Shown: positions 37,370 to 47,457, counted from the stretch's first letter. The stretch: 64,000 bases of DNA from an uncultured Clostridia bacterium (GCA_944362965.1 CALVTR010000006.1:27855-91854), one strand, 5' to 3'. Notes: a model not told the origin generated them from the sequence alone. Translations and numbers: made by a program.

Positions 37370-39649
37370 TTATTCAGCTTCATGTTCTTCAACAGAATTT
37401 GCCTTTTCTGTCTCTTTAATTTTAGTTATAATAGTTTCAATATTTGTTATATATTCAAGCACTTTTTCGCTGTCAGCACTAGTGAAGTAACGTTCATAGA
37501 ATTTGGCTTTTGCTTTAATTGAATTAGAAGGGTTTGTGATATTCACTTGGTCAGCTTCTATATCATCAGAAATCTGTGCGGCTTTGGTAGCAATATCTGA
37601 GATTTCGTCTGCGTAGGTTGTAACTTTTCCGCTGTTTTTTATTTCAACTTCACCAATTTTTTGAGTGTTTTCATCGATACCACTCGCATTTTCTGGCAAT
37701 GTTTCGCTTGCCAAAATCATATCAATACCTGTTGTGATTTGATTGCGTATTGTGTCATTTTCAACTGCAGCAGCACTATCAGAAGGAGTTTCACGTTCTT
37801 CTTCAAGGTCACTTCTAATTTGACGGAGATTTTCAAGGTTTTTGTCAGCTTTTGCATAGTGCTCATCTCTAGCAGTAATATTCTTCTCTTTGTTTGTTTC
37901 TAATTCTTCAGTTTGCTCTTCAACATATTTAATACTACTATCAATAGCTTCTCTTTGCATAGCATTCATAACGGCTCCAAGTTTAAGGTCACGTTTATTT
38001 GCAACCTTAGGGTCAAGTGCGCCTAAAAGAAGACTATCAATTTCAAAAGCACGAATATCTTTATTGCTTCCAATAAAGGCTCTAACAGCTTCATTGCTTC
38101 TAATAAACATGCAAAGTATTTTAAGTTGGTCAACGCTGAGGTCGTCAAAATCCACGTCTATTGTTTGACCTTGCTCTATATCCATACCAAAAATGGCTTC
38201 ACCAACTTCTTTAAGTTGCTCAGGGGCAGGGGTATGTTTAACAGTTTTGTATTTAAAGTTTTCAAGAAGGTTATCTCCAGCTTGATATTCACTATCATTT
38301 ACAATATTTTGAGCATGTTGTTTCATGATTTCAAAGATTTGCTCCATAACCTTTTCTTGTCTTGTTGTGTAAAGATAAGAATTTCTTGTGCCATCACTTT
38401 CAACTTCAATTTTTGTTCTAAAGATATCGTCTGTGTGCTCAATAGTGTCGTCACCATTGTATCTATCAATAGCATCAACAAAAGCATCATAAGGATTATT
38501 TATACTTTGGTCAAAGATGATTTCAAATTCTTTGTCTCTATCTTCTTCTAAGTCTGATGAGAGTGTGTCTTTGTCTATAATGAAAGAAAAACCATTCATT
38601 TTTCCATCAACTTCTTCGCCATCAAAGTAGGCAACAGGGAAGTCTCTTGCAATGTTAAGCAAAGCATTCATAAATTCATCGCGTCTTTCAGCGGCAGGCT
38701 TAACAATATCTCTTTTACCTTTAAACCAGTTGCGAAGTATAGCATGCTCATCTTCATTTTCGTCATATTCTTCTTTTAACTCGGCAAGTTTTTCTGAAAC
38801 AATGTCAGCTTGAGCAAGTTTTTCATCAATATCTTGGATTTTTGCGTTTCGAGAAGCAATTTCATCTATGTTTGCGTCATATTCTTCAACATTTTTATTT
38901 ACATTTGCACTTGCCTTATAGTTTTCTTGTGCTATTATACTTTCAGCATCAACTCTTTCTGCAAGGATATCGTCACAACGTCTTTGAGCATAAGCTGCAC
39001 CTTTAACATAAACGTTAGAATTAAACACTTCGTCGTTTACAACTTCAGGATTAAACTCAGGCATTGTGTAGCCGTTGATATCAGCATCAGCATAGCTATT
39101 CACTATTTCCATAAGCTCACTAAAAGCCTTGTCGCCTTCTTCATCATAGATTTCTTTCATATTGCAAATACCAACAAAGTTGGCCTTGATGTAAGCAAGC
39201 GCTCTAGCTTTTGCTTGGGTTTGTTTTGCAATGCGAGAGTAGGCGATTTTGTCTTGCTCTGAAAGATTTTGCCCACCAGCGAAATATTGAAATAGCCCAT
39301 CAACTGTAAGCATTGTTGCATTTGCAAAAGCCTGTCTTCTTTGAGCATTCATAGTTTTGATTTTTGTTTCATACTCAGAAGGATTTGCAAAATTTCTAAG
39401 GTCACCTGCAAAGTCAACAACGTCTTGTAAGGTTTTGTTAGCAAAATGCTTAGCAAAATGCTCTACAGCTTTTCCTTCATAGAAACCTGATTTGTGTTCA
39501 AAATTAGGACGTCCTGTTCTAACCTGTGGACCATCAACAGTTTTTGCAATAGACCTAGTTGCTTGTTTAAGGTCGGCCATTTTTAAGGCTTTTTCACTTT
39601 TCAAAAATAATCCAGAAATTTTTGAAACAATGTTTTTAAATAATCCCAT
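37370..39649 (-). CDS. Large (759 aa) uncharacterised acidic helical protein with an amphipathic N-terminus
   Basis: AGGAG RBS. Begins MGLFKNIVSKISGLFLK. E/D/K-rich. Same strand as the 1863-aa gene and directly upstream of it. No family recognised. Confidence 0.65.
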   Translation of the reverse strand: MGLFKNIVSKISGLFLKSEKALKMADLKQATRSIAKTVDGPQVRTGRPNFEHKSGFYEGKAVEHFAKHFANKTLQDVVDFAGDLRNFANPSEYETKIKTMNAQRRQAFANATMLTVDGLFQYFAGGQNLSEQDKIAYSRIAKQTQAKARALAYIKANFVGICNMKEIYDEEGDKAFSELMEIVNSYADADINGYTMPEFNPEVVNDEVFNSNVYVKGAAYAQRRCDDILAERVDAESIIAQENYKASANVNKNVEEYDANIDEIASRNAKIQDIDEKLAQADIVSEKLAELKEEYDENEDEHAILRNWFKGKRDIVKPAAERRDEFMNALLNIARDFPVAYFDGEEVDGKMNGFSFIIDKDTLSSDLEEDRDKEFEIIFDQSINNPYDAFVDAIDRYNGDDTIEHTDDIFRTKIEVESDGTRNSYLYTTRQEKVMEQIFEIMKQHAQNIVNDSEYQAGDNLLENFKYKTVKHTPAPEQLKEVGEAIFGMDIEQGQTIDVDFDDLSVDQLKILCMFIRSNEAVRAFIGSNKDIRAFEIDSLLLGALDPKVANKRDLKLGAVMNAMQREAIDSSIKYVEEQTEELETNKEKNITARDEHYAKADKNLENLRQIRSDLEEERETPSDSAAAVENDTIRNQITTGIDMILASETLPENASGIDENTQKIGEVEIKNSGKVTTYADEISDIATKAAQISDDIEADQVNITNPSNSIKAKAKFYERYFTSADSEKVLEYITNIETIITKIKETEKANSVEEHEAE

Positions 39650-39902
39650 TTTTAACTCCTTTTTTTATTAAATCAAAAAATGATTTTTTCATGCTAATAT
39701 TTTACAATAAATTACAAGACTTGTCAATATAAATCTTTAAAATAAGTTATTATAAGGAGATAAATAAGTTTTTTATGACAGTATTTTATCAAATTTTCAT
39801 ATAAGGAAAAGCTTTTGCATAGCAAATATCTCTTAAATAATTTGACATTTTATAAAAAATCATTAAAATTATATCAGCATTATTGTTTTTTAAGGAGATT
39901 TT

Positions 39903-42629
39903 ATGGGACTTTTTGGTAATGAAAACAAATCACAGTTAAAGAAATTAAGAAAAATAGCAGACAAGGTTATTGCACTTGAAGATAAATATAAATCGTATTC
40001 AAACGAACAGCTTCGTGCCTGCACTGATGAATTTAAAAATAGATATAAAACAGGAGAGAGCTTAAATGACCTTCTTCCAGAAGCTTATGCGGTTGTTAGA
40101 GAAGCGGCAGCAAGAGTGCTTAATATGAGGCATTTCTATGTGCAAATTCTTGGTGGCATTGCACTTCATCAAGGCAGAATTGCAGAAATGGCAACAGGTG
40201 AAGGTAAAACTCTTGTTGCAACACTTCCTGCATACTTAAATGCAATCACAGGAAAAGGCGTTCATGTTGTCACAGTCAATGAATATTTGGCAAAACGTGA
40301 CGCTGATTGGATGGGAAAGGTGTATAAGTTTTTAGGGCTTTCTGTCGGTGTTTCACTAAACGGGCAGAACAACGAGCAGAAAAAGAAGGCATATCTTGCT
40401 GATATCACATACACCACAAACAACGAACTTGGCTTTGACTATCTAAGAGACAACATGGCAAGGTCAAAGAACGAACGTGTGCAAAGGGGACTTAACTTTG
40501 CAATCGTCGATGAAGTTGATAGTATCTTGATTGATGAAGCAAGAACACCACTTATCATAAGCGGACGTGGAAGCAAGTCAACCGACGGCTATATGGTTGC
40601 ACAAAAGTTTGTAAAAACTTTAAAACAAGATAGTGATGTTGATATAGATATAAAAACAAAGCAAATCAACCTTACAGATAAAGGTATCAGAAAGGCTGAA
40701 AGTTTCTATCATATAGAGAATTTGTCAGATATTGAAAATATAGAGCTAAGCCACTATATCAACAATGCCTTAAGGGCAAACTTTATCATGCATAGAGATG
40801 AAAACTATATCGTCAAAGACGGCGAAGTAATCATTGTAGATGAGTTCACAGGTCGTCTCTCTCCAGGCAGACGTTTCAGCTCAGGGCTTCACCAAGCCAT
40901 TGAAGCAAAGGAAGGGGTTGATATTCGTGATGAAAACCAAACTTTTGCAACAATAACCTTCCAAAATTTCTTCCGTCTATATAAAAAGCTATCAGGTATG
41001 ACAGGAACAGCAAAGACAGAAGAAGGTGAGTTTAGAACAATTTATAATCTAGACGTTGTCACAATCCCACCAAACAGACCAAAACAAAGAATAGATTACC
41101 CAGACAAGATGTATGTAACAGAAAAGGGTAAGATTGCCGCCATTATTGAAGAGATAAAGGAATGTGTAGAAAGTGGTCAGCCTGTGCTTGTCGGCACAAT
41201 CAATATTGATAAATCAGAACAGCTTTCAAACGCACTTCGTCATGCAGGAATAAAGCATCAAGTATTGAATGCTAAAAATAATGAAAAAGAAAGTGAAATC
41301 GTCGCTCAAGCGGGCAGAAAGGGTGCAGTAACAATCGCAACCAACATGGCAGGTCGTGGAACTGATATCTTGCTTGGTGGTAACCCAGAGTTTATGGCAA
41401 CAAAGGAAATGAGAGATAAGGGCTTCACCGAAGAAGAAATCTTGTATGCCACAGCTTTTAACTATGTTGATGATGAAGCGTTAAACAAGGCAAGAGAAGA
41501 ATATAACAAGTTCTATACTAAATATAAAGAGATAACAGATAAAGAAAAACAAGAAGTCATCTCACTTGGCGGACTTAAGATTGTGGGCACAGAGCGTCAC
41601 GAATCCCGCCGTATAGACAATCAGCTTCGTGGTCGTTCTGGTCGTCAAGGGGATCCAGGCTCAAGCATATTCTTCCTTTCACTTGATGATGATTTGTTCA
41701 AGAGATTTGCAACTGACAAACTTAGAAAACTGCTTGCATTTTTCAAAGTTGACGATTCAACACCAATTCAATTAAAAGCCATTTCAAAGCAAATTGAAGC
41801 ATCTCAAAGAAAGATAGAACTTCAAAATTTCAGCATAAGAAAAACCGTTTTGCAGTTTGACGACGTTATGAACAAGCAAAGAGAGATTATCTATAAAGAA
41901 CGCAACGAAGTGCTTGACGGGCAACCTGTTCATGACCAGATTATGAAGATGTTCCCAGAAGTTGTCACAAAGAGCGTCACAAAGATTATTTCAGATGACC
42001 GCCCATATTATGAATGGGATTTAGAAGCACTTAATAAAGAACTTGAAAACGGACTTCTTGAAAAGGATAGCAACACTATCACAGAAGAGTTCATTGAAGG
42101 CTGTGACGTCAATGACGTTATAGAAAAAGTGCTTGATATAATCTATAAGAAGTATGATGAGCGTCAAAAAGAAGTAACAGCAATCGGCGTCAATTTTGAA
42201 GATATAGAACGTAATGTTCTTTTAAGAATGGTTGACATAAATTGGATGAGCCAAATAGAGAATATGCAGATAATGAAAGATGAAATTCTTTCAAGACAAT
42301 TTGGTCAACAAGATCCAGTCATGGCGTATAAGAAGGAAGGCTTTGATATGTTCGACTCAATGATTGACAAAATCAAAGAGACCACATGTAAAATTCTGTT
42401 GAATGCAAGAATACAAGCGCGTCCTGTTACTCCAGCACCAGAACCTGCAAAGATTATCTTCACAGGCAAACAACTCACACCAGAAGAGAGAGCCGCTCAA
42501 AAGCAAAAGCAGAAACTTCAAGTTCAAAAGACAGTATATAATGATAAGCCAAAAGCGGGCAGGAACGACCCATGCCCATGCGGAAGTGGCAAAAAATACA
42601 AAAACTGCTGCTGGGATAAAGACCACTAA
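39903..42629 (+). CDS. secA: Preprotein translocase ATPase SecA
   Basis: 908 aa: MATGEGKTLVATLPAYLNA, DEVDSILIDEARTPLIISG, TNMAGRGTDI, C-terminal zinc motif CPCGSGKKYKNCC. Confidence 0.97.
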   Translation: MGLFGNENKSQLKKLRKIADKVIALEDKYKSYSNEQLRACTDEFKNRYKTGESLNDLLPEAYAVVREAAARVLNMRHFYVQILGGIALHQGRIAEMATGEGKTLVATLPAYLNAITGKGVHVVTVNEYLAKRDADWMGKVYKFLGLSVGVSLNGQNNEQKKKAYLADITYTTNNELGFDYLRDNMARSKNERVQRGLNFAIVDEVDSILIDEARTPLIISGRGSKSTDGYMVAQKFVKTLKQDSDVDIDIKTKQINLTDKGIRKAESFYHIENLSDIENIELSHYINNALRANFIMHRDENYIVKDGEVIIVDEFTGRLSPGRRFSSGLHQAIEAKEGVDIRDENQTFATITFQNFFRLYKKLSGMTGTAKTEEGEFRTIYNLDVVTIPPNRPKQRIDYPDKMYVTEKGKIAAIIEEIKECVESGQPVLVGTINIDKSEQLSNALRHAGIKHQVLNAKNNEKESEIVAQAGRKGAVTIATNMAGRGTDILLGGNPEFMATKEMRDKGFTEEEILYATAFNYVDDEALNKAREEYNKFYTKYKEITDKEKQEVISLGGLKIVGTERHESRRIDNQLRGRSGRQGDPGSSIFFLSLDDDLFKRFATDKLRKLLAFFKVDDSTPIQLKAISKQIEASQRKIELQNFSIRKTVLQFDDVMNKQREIIYKERNEVLDGQPVHDQIMKMFPEVVTKSVTKIISDDRPYYEWDLEALNKELENGLLEKDSNTITEEFIEGCDVNDVIEKVLDIIYKKYDERQKEVTAIGVNFEDIERNVLLRMVDINWMSQIENMQIMKDEILSRQFGQQDPVMAYKKEGFDMFDSMIDKIKETTCKILLNARIQARPVTPAPEPAKIIFTGKQLTPEERAAQKQKQKLQVQKTVYNDKPKAGRNDPCPCGSGKKYKNCCWDKDH

Positions 42630-42633
42630 TAAC

Positions 42634-42805
42634 TGGTGAGACACCAAAGCCATAACGCTGACACGCTGAAAAATTCAGCTAACAGCTATGGCACGCAATT
42701 TTAACGATAGGACATTAAAATTGCTTTCGGTTTCTCTCCCAAGCCTCTTCCACCCCAGACAAAAATTTTCTAAATTTTTGTCTTAATAAGGACCCACAAG
42801 GGGTA
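42634..42805 (+). repeat. Structured GC-rich element immediately 3' of secA (homolog of 29942-30134)
   Basis: Starts 5 nt after the secA stop. Hairpins GCTGAA-aaa-TTCAGC, GCAATTTTA...TAAAATTGC and GACAAAAATTT-tct-AAATTTTTGTC (42758-82). Also CTCTCCCAAGCCTCTTCCACCCC and GGACCCACAAGGGGTA (42790-805). Confidence 0.65.
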
Positions 42806-42948
42806 GATATAAGTGAAAAATGAAAAATGAAGAGTGAAAAGTTTATTTAGCTCCACAAGGGGGGTGGAATAATTGTAGTTTATGTTCTCATGGAACAAGT
42901 AAACTCGGTATTATAGATGCACTAGACGATAGAAAGTGGCTAAGCCAC
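42806..42948 (+). repeat. Mosaic repeat extension: purine-rich block plus a GACGATAG-hairpin module
   Basis: 42821-42841 TGAAAAATGAAGAGTGAAAAG is identical to 992-1012. GACGATAG at 42925-32, then GTGGC-taa-GCCAC (42936-48), which is the inverted match of 63224-63236. Confidence 0.6.
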
Positions 42949-43121
42949 CAAGATAATATCAAAATCTTTTACAAAAAATTCTCGAGCTTTAAAGTCTTGA
43001 GAATTTTTTGTAGTGGCAATCGGTATTCTTCCGCCTTTAAATTGCTATTTTTAATGTTTTGCGTATTGACAAATTGAAAAATATTTGATAGTATTATCAT
43101 GGTTGAAAAAAGGAGAAGAAT

Positions 43122-43355
43122 ATGAAAGTAAATGAATTGATAAGCTCATATAAAAAGGATAATAAAAAGAGCCCTATTGAAAGAGATTGGTTTAAGTCTT
43201 TAAAAGGGTGTAATTTAAATATAAGTAATGAAGAACTATGCGAAATACTAAAGGCTAAAACTGGTTTTAATTGGAATTATAAAGTTTGCTTAGATGATAA
43301 ATTTGGACCAGGACCAGATAATCATCCTATGCCATGTGCTATGACCTTATTTTAA
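43122..43355 (+). CDS. Hypothetical protein (77 aa)
   Basis: AGGAGAAG RBS and an upstream TTGACA-17-TAGTAT promoter. Overlaps the next ORF by 22 nt in another frame. Confidence 0.4.
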   Translation: MKVNELISSYKKDNKKSPIERDWFKSLKGCNLNISNEELCEILKAKTGFNWNYKVCLDDKFGPGPDNHPMPCAMTLF

Positions 43356-43684
43356 TAGCAGAAAATAATAAAACACGCAAACAATTTCCATTATTACATT
43401 CTTACTATAGCTATGCCGGTGATGTTATAGAGTCAACGCTTTATAAAATTATTGTAAGCAAAAACCAAGCTGAAGAAGGCAAACTTAAAAATGCAAATTG
43501 GGCAGAGCTATTTTTAAATGCGGAAAATAGAAATGGAACTCTTTATTGTGGAGAATGGATGAAAGAACCATTGCCACATATTGTGCAAGAATGCTTAACG
43601 GAATTTATGCTTTGCGCAGCAAATCAAATGGAGAGTGAAGCTAACAGTTCAGCAGAAGGTGAATCAGAAGGCGAAATAGAGTAA
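43334..43684 (+). CDS. Hypothetical protein (116 aa)
   Basis: Overlapping ORF. The pair is either translationally coupled or one frameshifted gene. No family recognised. Confidence 0.4.
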   Translation: MCYDLILIAENNKTRKQFPLLHSYYSYAGDVIESTLYKIIVSKNQAEEGKLKNANWAELFLNAENRNGTLYCGEWMKEPLPHIVQECLTEFMLCAANQMESEANSSAEGESEGEIE

Positions 43685-44171
43685 TAGTTATTTACTAATA
43701 TTTATGTCGGCTGTTAAAAACCACAATATAAGAATAGATTTTAAAGATGACAACAAAAAATCTCAGGGCTTAGTCAATTAATTTTGATACTAGCGGTATA
43801 AAGGACGCTTTACAACAAAAGATATGGTGTCTTTTATTTTTTCTTGACGGAAAAATAAAACGAATATTTCTGATGTTGTCATAGGTTGTTATTATAATTT
43901 TTTATTTGTAAATTTTTAAACATTCATTTTAACCTTGACAACAAAGAATATTCGCTTATACTAGAATAAGAGAAATAAAAAACAAAAGAGTTGTGTGCGT
44001 ATGATTTTGCCAACACCAACTTTTTCGCTTTAATCTACATTAATTTATGTGTGCTTGTTAGCGAGCCGACTTGTATCAGGACAAGCACATATCTAAATGC
44101 TAAAATAAATATTTTTATAATTTTTTTAAAAATTTGATACAAATTAGAAAATTTTATGGTATTATATAAAT

Positions 44172-44906
44172 ATGAATAAAAGCGCATATGATATAGATAT
44201 TTTTTTGAAAGATTATGTTGATAAGAATAGCAAATTTTCTTTTGACAGAGCACTTGCATTAAAAGAAAAATTCAAATATAAAAAAATAACATCAATATTA
44301 GATTTAGCCTGTGGAACTGGCTTGTTTTTAAATGAAATGGTTAAAAGTTTTGATTTGGAATATGGTGTCGGGGTAGATTTATCAGCAAACATGATAAAGT
44401 ATGCAAAAAAGCACAATCAATCATCAAAACTGAAGTTTGTTAAAGGTGATATGACCAATTTTTCACTTGAAAAGACCTTTGATTTAATCACTTGCAACTA
44501 TGATGCAATCAATCATTTAATTATGTTTGAAGACTGGCAAAAGATGTTTAATAATGTATATTCTCATCTAAAAATCGGCGGGGTTTTTACTTTTGATTAC
44601 AACACGCTTTTAAAACTAAAAAATTTTAGTAGGACTTCTTATTATGAGTATGAAGAATATAATTGCGTATGGCATAACACAAACGAAAATGATAGGTTTA
44701 ATTTCGATTTTTCCTATTATATCAAACAAAAAAATGGGGAGTATAAACTGATAAAATCAAGTCAAATTGAATCAACATTTCCTTATAAATTGATTGCAAC
44801 AACACTTAAACAAATGGGCTTTAAACACATTAAATTTTGCAATAAAGACTTCAAAAAATGTAATCCAAACAAAGTGTTTAGATGTTTTGTTATTTGTGAA
44901 AAATAA
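44172..44906 (+). CDS. Class I SAM-dependent methyltransferase
   Basis: ILDLACGTGLF (motif I), GVDLSANMI, KGDMTNF, FDLITCNYDAINHL. Confidence 0.8.
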   Translation: MNKSAYDIDIFLKDYVDKNSKFSFDRALALKEKFKYKKITSILDLACGTGLFLNEMVKSFDLEYGVGVDLSANMIKYAKKHNQSSKLKFVKGDMTNFSLEKTFDLITCNYDAINHLIMFEDWQKMFNNVYSHLKIGGVFTFDYNTLLKLKNFSRTSYYEYEEYNCVWHNTNENDRFNFDFSYYIKQKNGEYKLIKSSQIESTFPYKLIATTLKQMGFKHIKFCNKDFKKCNPNKVFRCFVICEK

Positions 44907-45284
44907 CGAATTTTAGCAAATAATAAATGCTAGGTATTTTGGCTAGAGTTTTATAAACTTGATATTATAAAGAATCTTAATATTAAGGATCTTCTTGCTA
45001 GTTTAAAGTTTATAGTTTTTTAGTCAAACATTTTTCAAACTAGTACAAAAAATAGTGGGACAAATTGTTTCCACTATCTTTTTTTGCTAGTTTCAAAGAT
45101 TACCAGCCTTGCCTTGAGATTTTTTTAATTGTTCTTTATAAAAATTGTGTTTTTTGTTTTGAAAAAGATTTTTTTTATGATACTATTAGAGTAGGAATGT
45201 TTATTTTTCAAATAAAAAGGCGATAAAAAGCTTTAAAAATCTATGCAGAAACATTCATTTTAGAATTTAAGGAGCTTTTAAAGC

Positions 45285-45569
45285 ATGAAAACTTACGTTT
45301 ACCCGGCAGTATTTATCAAAGATGAAGAAGAGAATGTCTATCGTGTGCTTTTTCCAGATTTAGAACTTACAACTGATGGAGCAATAGTTGAAGAAGCATA
45401 TCTTTATGCAAGAGAGTGTTTGAAAGCCTATTTTAAATATATTGAAAAGTATGATTTAGATTTCAACTTGCCAACAGATTTTGAATGTGTAAAGAAATCG
45501 GCAAGAGCGGAAGACTATGTCATGCTTATAGATGCAGTCATTCCAGATAATGAAAAACAAAAGAAATAA
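45285..45569 (+). CDS. HicB-like antitoxin-fold protein (no adjacent HicA seen)
   Basis: MKTYVYPAVFIKDEEENVYRVLFPDLELTTDGAIVEEAYLYARECL is the typical HicB/UPF0150 N-terminal domain. Confidence 0.55.
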   Translation: MKTYVYPAVFIKDEEENVYRVLFPDLELTTDGAIVEEAYLYARECLKAYFKYIEKYDLDFNLPTDFECVKKSARAEDYVMLIDAVIPDNEKQKK

Positions 45570-45637
45570 AAAGCCTTAATTAAACGACATAAAAAGTTGT
45601 TTTACGTAAAATAAAATAAAAAAATATTGATAAATTG

Positions 45638-45666
45638 TTGACAATAAAGTCAAACTGTGATAATAT
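45638..45666 (+). promoter_or_regulatory. Promoter of rpmG-secE-nusG
   Basis: TTGACA (45638-43), 17-nt spacer ending in TGa, TAATAT (45661-66), i.e. an extended -10. Confidence 0.5.
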
Positions 45667-45718
45667 AATGCTAGCACTTCTTTGATGGGGTGTTAGTTTT
45701 TTGTTAGGAGATAAGAAA

Positions 45719-45880
45719 ATGGCAACACCAAAACGTAAAAATATTATTCTTGCTTGCACAGAATGCCAAGAACGCAACTATGCAACAAGCAAAAACACTT
45801 CTGCAAATCCTGAAAGAGTGGAAATAAAGAAGTTTTGTTCTCGTTGTGGAAAGAGAACTGTTCATAAAGAAACCAAATAA
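45719..45880 (+). CDS. rpmG: 50S ribosomal protein L33
   Basis: 53 aa, below the track cutoff: [53 protein letters not shown]. Confidence 0.9.
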   Translation: MATPKRKNIILACTECQERNYATSKNTSANPERVEIKKFCSRCGKRTVHKETK

Positions 45881-45904
45881 AACCACAATATAGCAGGGGG
45901 TATT

Positions 45905-46366
45905 ATGCCAAAAAAGAAAAAGTCGCAGAAGAAAACCAATAACAATAAGAATGTAAATGTTGCAGCTCAAGAAGATGCTGCAATCCTTTCTGCAACCACA
46001 GAACAAAGCGAAGTTCAAAGCGAAGAAATAGCTGAGACCGCTACAGCAGAAGCAAAACAAGAAGAAAATGTATCAAAAAAAGTTGCAAAGGCAGATAAGA
46101 ATGTAAAAGAAAACAAAGATGATAAAAAATCTGCGAAAAATGATAAAAATAATAAGAAAAAGAACAATAAAAACGACAAAAAAGAAAAGGGTAAGTTAAA
46201 AAGAAAGGTTAAAGAAACTTTCTCAGAACTTAAAAAGGTAACTTGGCCATCTTTTGGTGACGTCTGCAAGAAAACAGGTGTAGTTCTCGTTGTTGTTCTT
46301 ATTTTTGCAGTTGTAATCTTTGGCATAGACTATTGCTTAGGACTGCTTATGGGATTATTGAGATAA
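45905..46366 (+). CDS. secE: Preprotein translocase subunit SecE with a long lysine-rich N-terminal extension
   Basis: C-terminal ELKKVTWPSFGDVCKKTGVVLVVVLIFAVVIFGIDYCL is canonical SecE. It is preceded by ~95 aa of K/N/E-rich sequence. Confidence 0.85.
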   Translation: MPKKKKSQKKTNNNKNVNVAAQEDAAILSATTEQSEVQSEEIAETATAEAKQEENVSKKVAKADKNVKENKDDKKSAKNDKNNKKKNNKNDKKEKGKLKRKVKETFSELKKVTWPSFGDVCKKTGVVLVVVLIFAVVIFGIDYCLGLLMGLLR

Positions 46367-46376
46367 GAGGTTGTTT

Positions 46377-47045
46377 ATGGAAGAAAAAGATATGGGCTTA
46401 GAACAAAACGAAACAATAAATGACGTTGAAAAAGTTGTAAGTGATGCAGAAAAATCACAAGATGAAGTGACAGACGCTACTGAAGAATATGATGACGAAA
46501 AGGCATACAAAGAATTTGTAGACAGCTTGCCAGCAAAATGGTATGCACTGCACACTTTTTCAGGGTATGAAAACGTGGCAAAAGAAAATCTTGAAACTGT
46601 TATTGAAAAATTCGGACTTCAAGATCGTATCTTTGATATCGTTATTCCTATGGAAGATGTTGTTGAAGAGAAAAATGGCAAGAAAAAACTTGTTCAACGC
46701 AAATCAATGCCATCTTATATATTGGTAAAAATCAAATATGCAGACGACCTATGGCACAATATCACAAGAACACGTGGTATCACTGGCTTTGTAGGACCAA
46801 ACGGAAGACCACTTCCTTTGAAAGATGAAGATATAAGAAGACTTCATCTTGAAAAAATTAAGGTTGATGTAGACTTGAAGGTTGGCGACAAAGTTGAAAT
46901 AGTTGATGGTCCTTTCAATGGACAGGTTGGTGATGTAACATCTATCGACACAGAATCTGGCAAAGTTTCAGTAAATATCGTCTTCTTAAATCGTGAAACA
47001 CCAGTAGAGCTAGAACTTTCTCAAGTTAGGCGTATAAATCAGTAG
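46377..47045 (+). CDS. nusG: Transcription termination/antitermination factor NusG
   Basis: KWYALHTFSGYENVAKENLE (NGN domain) and KVGDKVEIVDGPFNGQVGDV (KOW domain), with a ~45-aa acidic N-terminal extension. I prefer ATG 46377 over the track's TTG 46371. Confidence 0.92.
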   Translation: MEEKDMGLEQNETINDVEKVVSDAEKSQDEVTDATEEYDDEKAYKEFVDSLPAKWYALHTFSGYENVAKENLETVIEKFGLQDRIFDIVIPMEDVVEEKNGKKKLVQRKSMPSYILVKIKYADDLWHNITRTRGITGFVGPNGRPLPLKDEDIRRLHLEKIKVDVDLKVGDKVEIVDGPFNGQVGDVTSIDTESGKVSVNIVFLNRETPVELELSQVRRINQ

Positions 47046-47052
47046 GCAAGTT

Positions 47053-47280
47053 ATGGAAAATAAACCAGTATTCACGAAAAAAGAAGTTTCCGATCTTATG
47101 AGAAGACTAAAGCAAGAAGAAAGGGAAACCGAACGCGACTATGAGACTATTGAAGATAAAAATCGCAGAAAACAACTTGAAAAAGTGTCCTTTGAGCAAA
47201 GACAGATGCGTCGTAAACTTCGTATGCAAGAGCCAATCGAGCAAACTCAAGACGACTACGAAGACGAACATGATAGATAA
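47053..47280 (+). CDS. Small highly charged hypothetical protein
   Basis: 75 aa, E/R/K/Q-rich, between nusG and rplK. Confidence 0.4.
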   Translation: MENKPVFTKKEVSDLMRRLKQEERETERDYETIEDKNRRKQLEKVSFEQRQMRRKLRMQEPIEQTQDDYEDEHDR

Positions 47281-47457
47281 TTGCCACAAAATATAAAAGT
47301 TTAAATTTATTTTTGTTTAAAATTTAATGAAACAAGATATATTTAAGGCTTAAAGCCTTTCAATATATTGTCCTTGACAAGACAGAAAACTATCAAATAA
47401 AAATCGTGGGAGAGTGGAACTGCAACCGCTCAAAACAACCACAAAGGAGGAGAAAAA

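Noticed and set aside
43930-44095. Promoter-like TTGACA...TATACT followed by a 9-bp-stem hairpin upstream of the methyltransferase gene, as a possible small RNA or riboswitch
   Set aside because: The hairpin has a 22-nt loop and no T-run. No conserved motif was recognised, so the evidence is too thin.
47281-47457. L1-binding autoregulatory leader upstream of rplK
   Set aside because: It is plausible by position, but I could not identify a convincing 23S-mimic helix by eye, so I am not reporting it as a feature.
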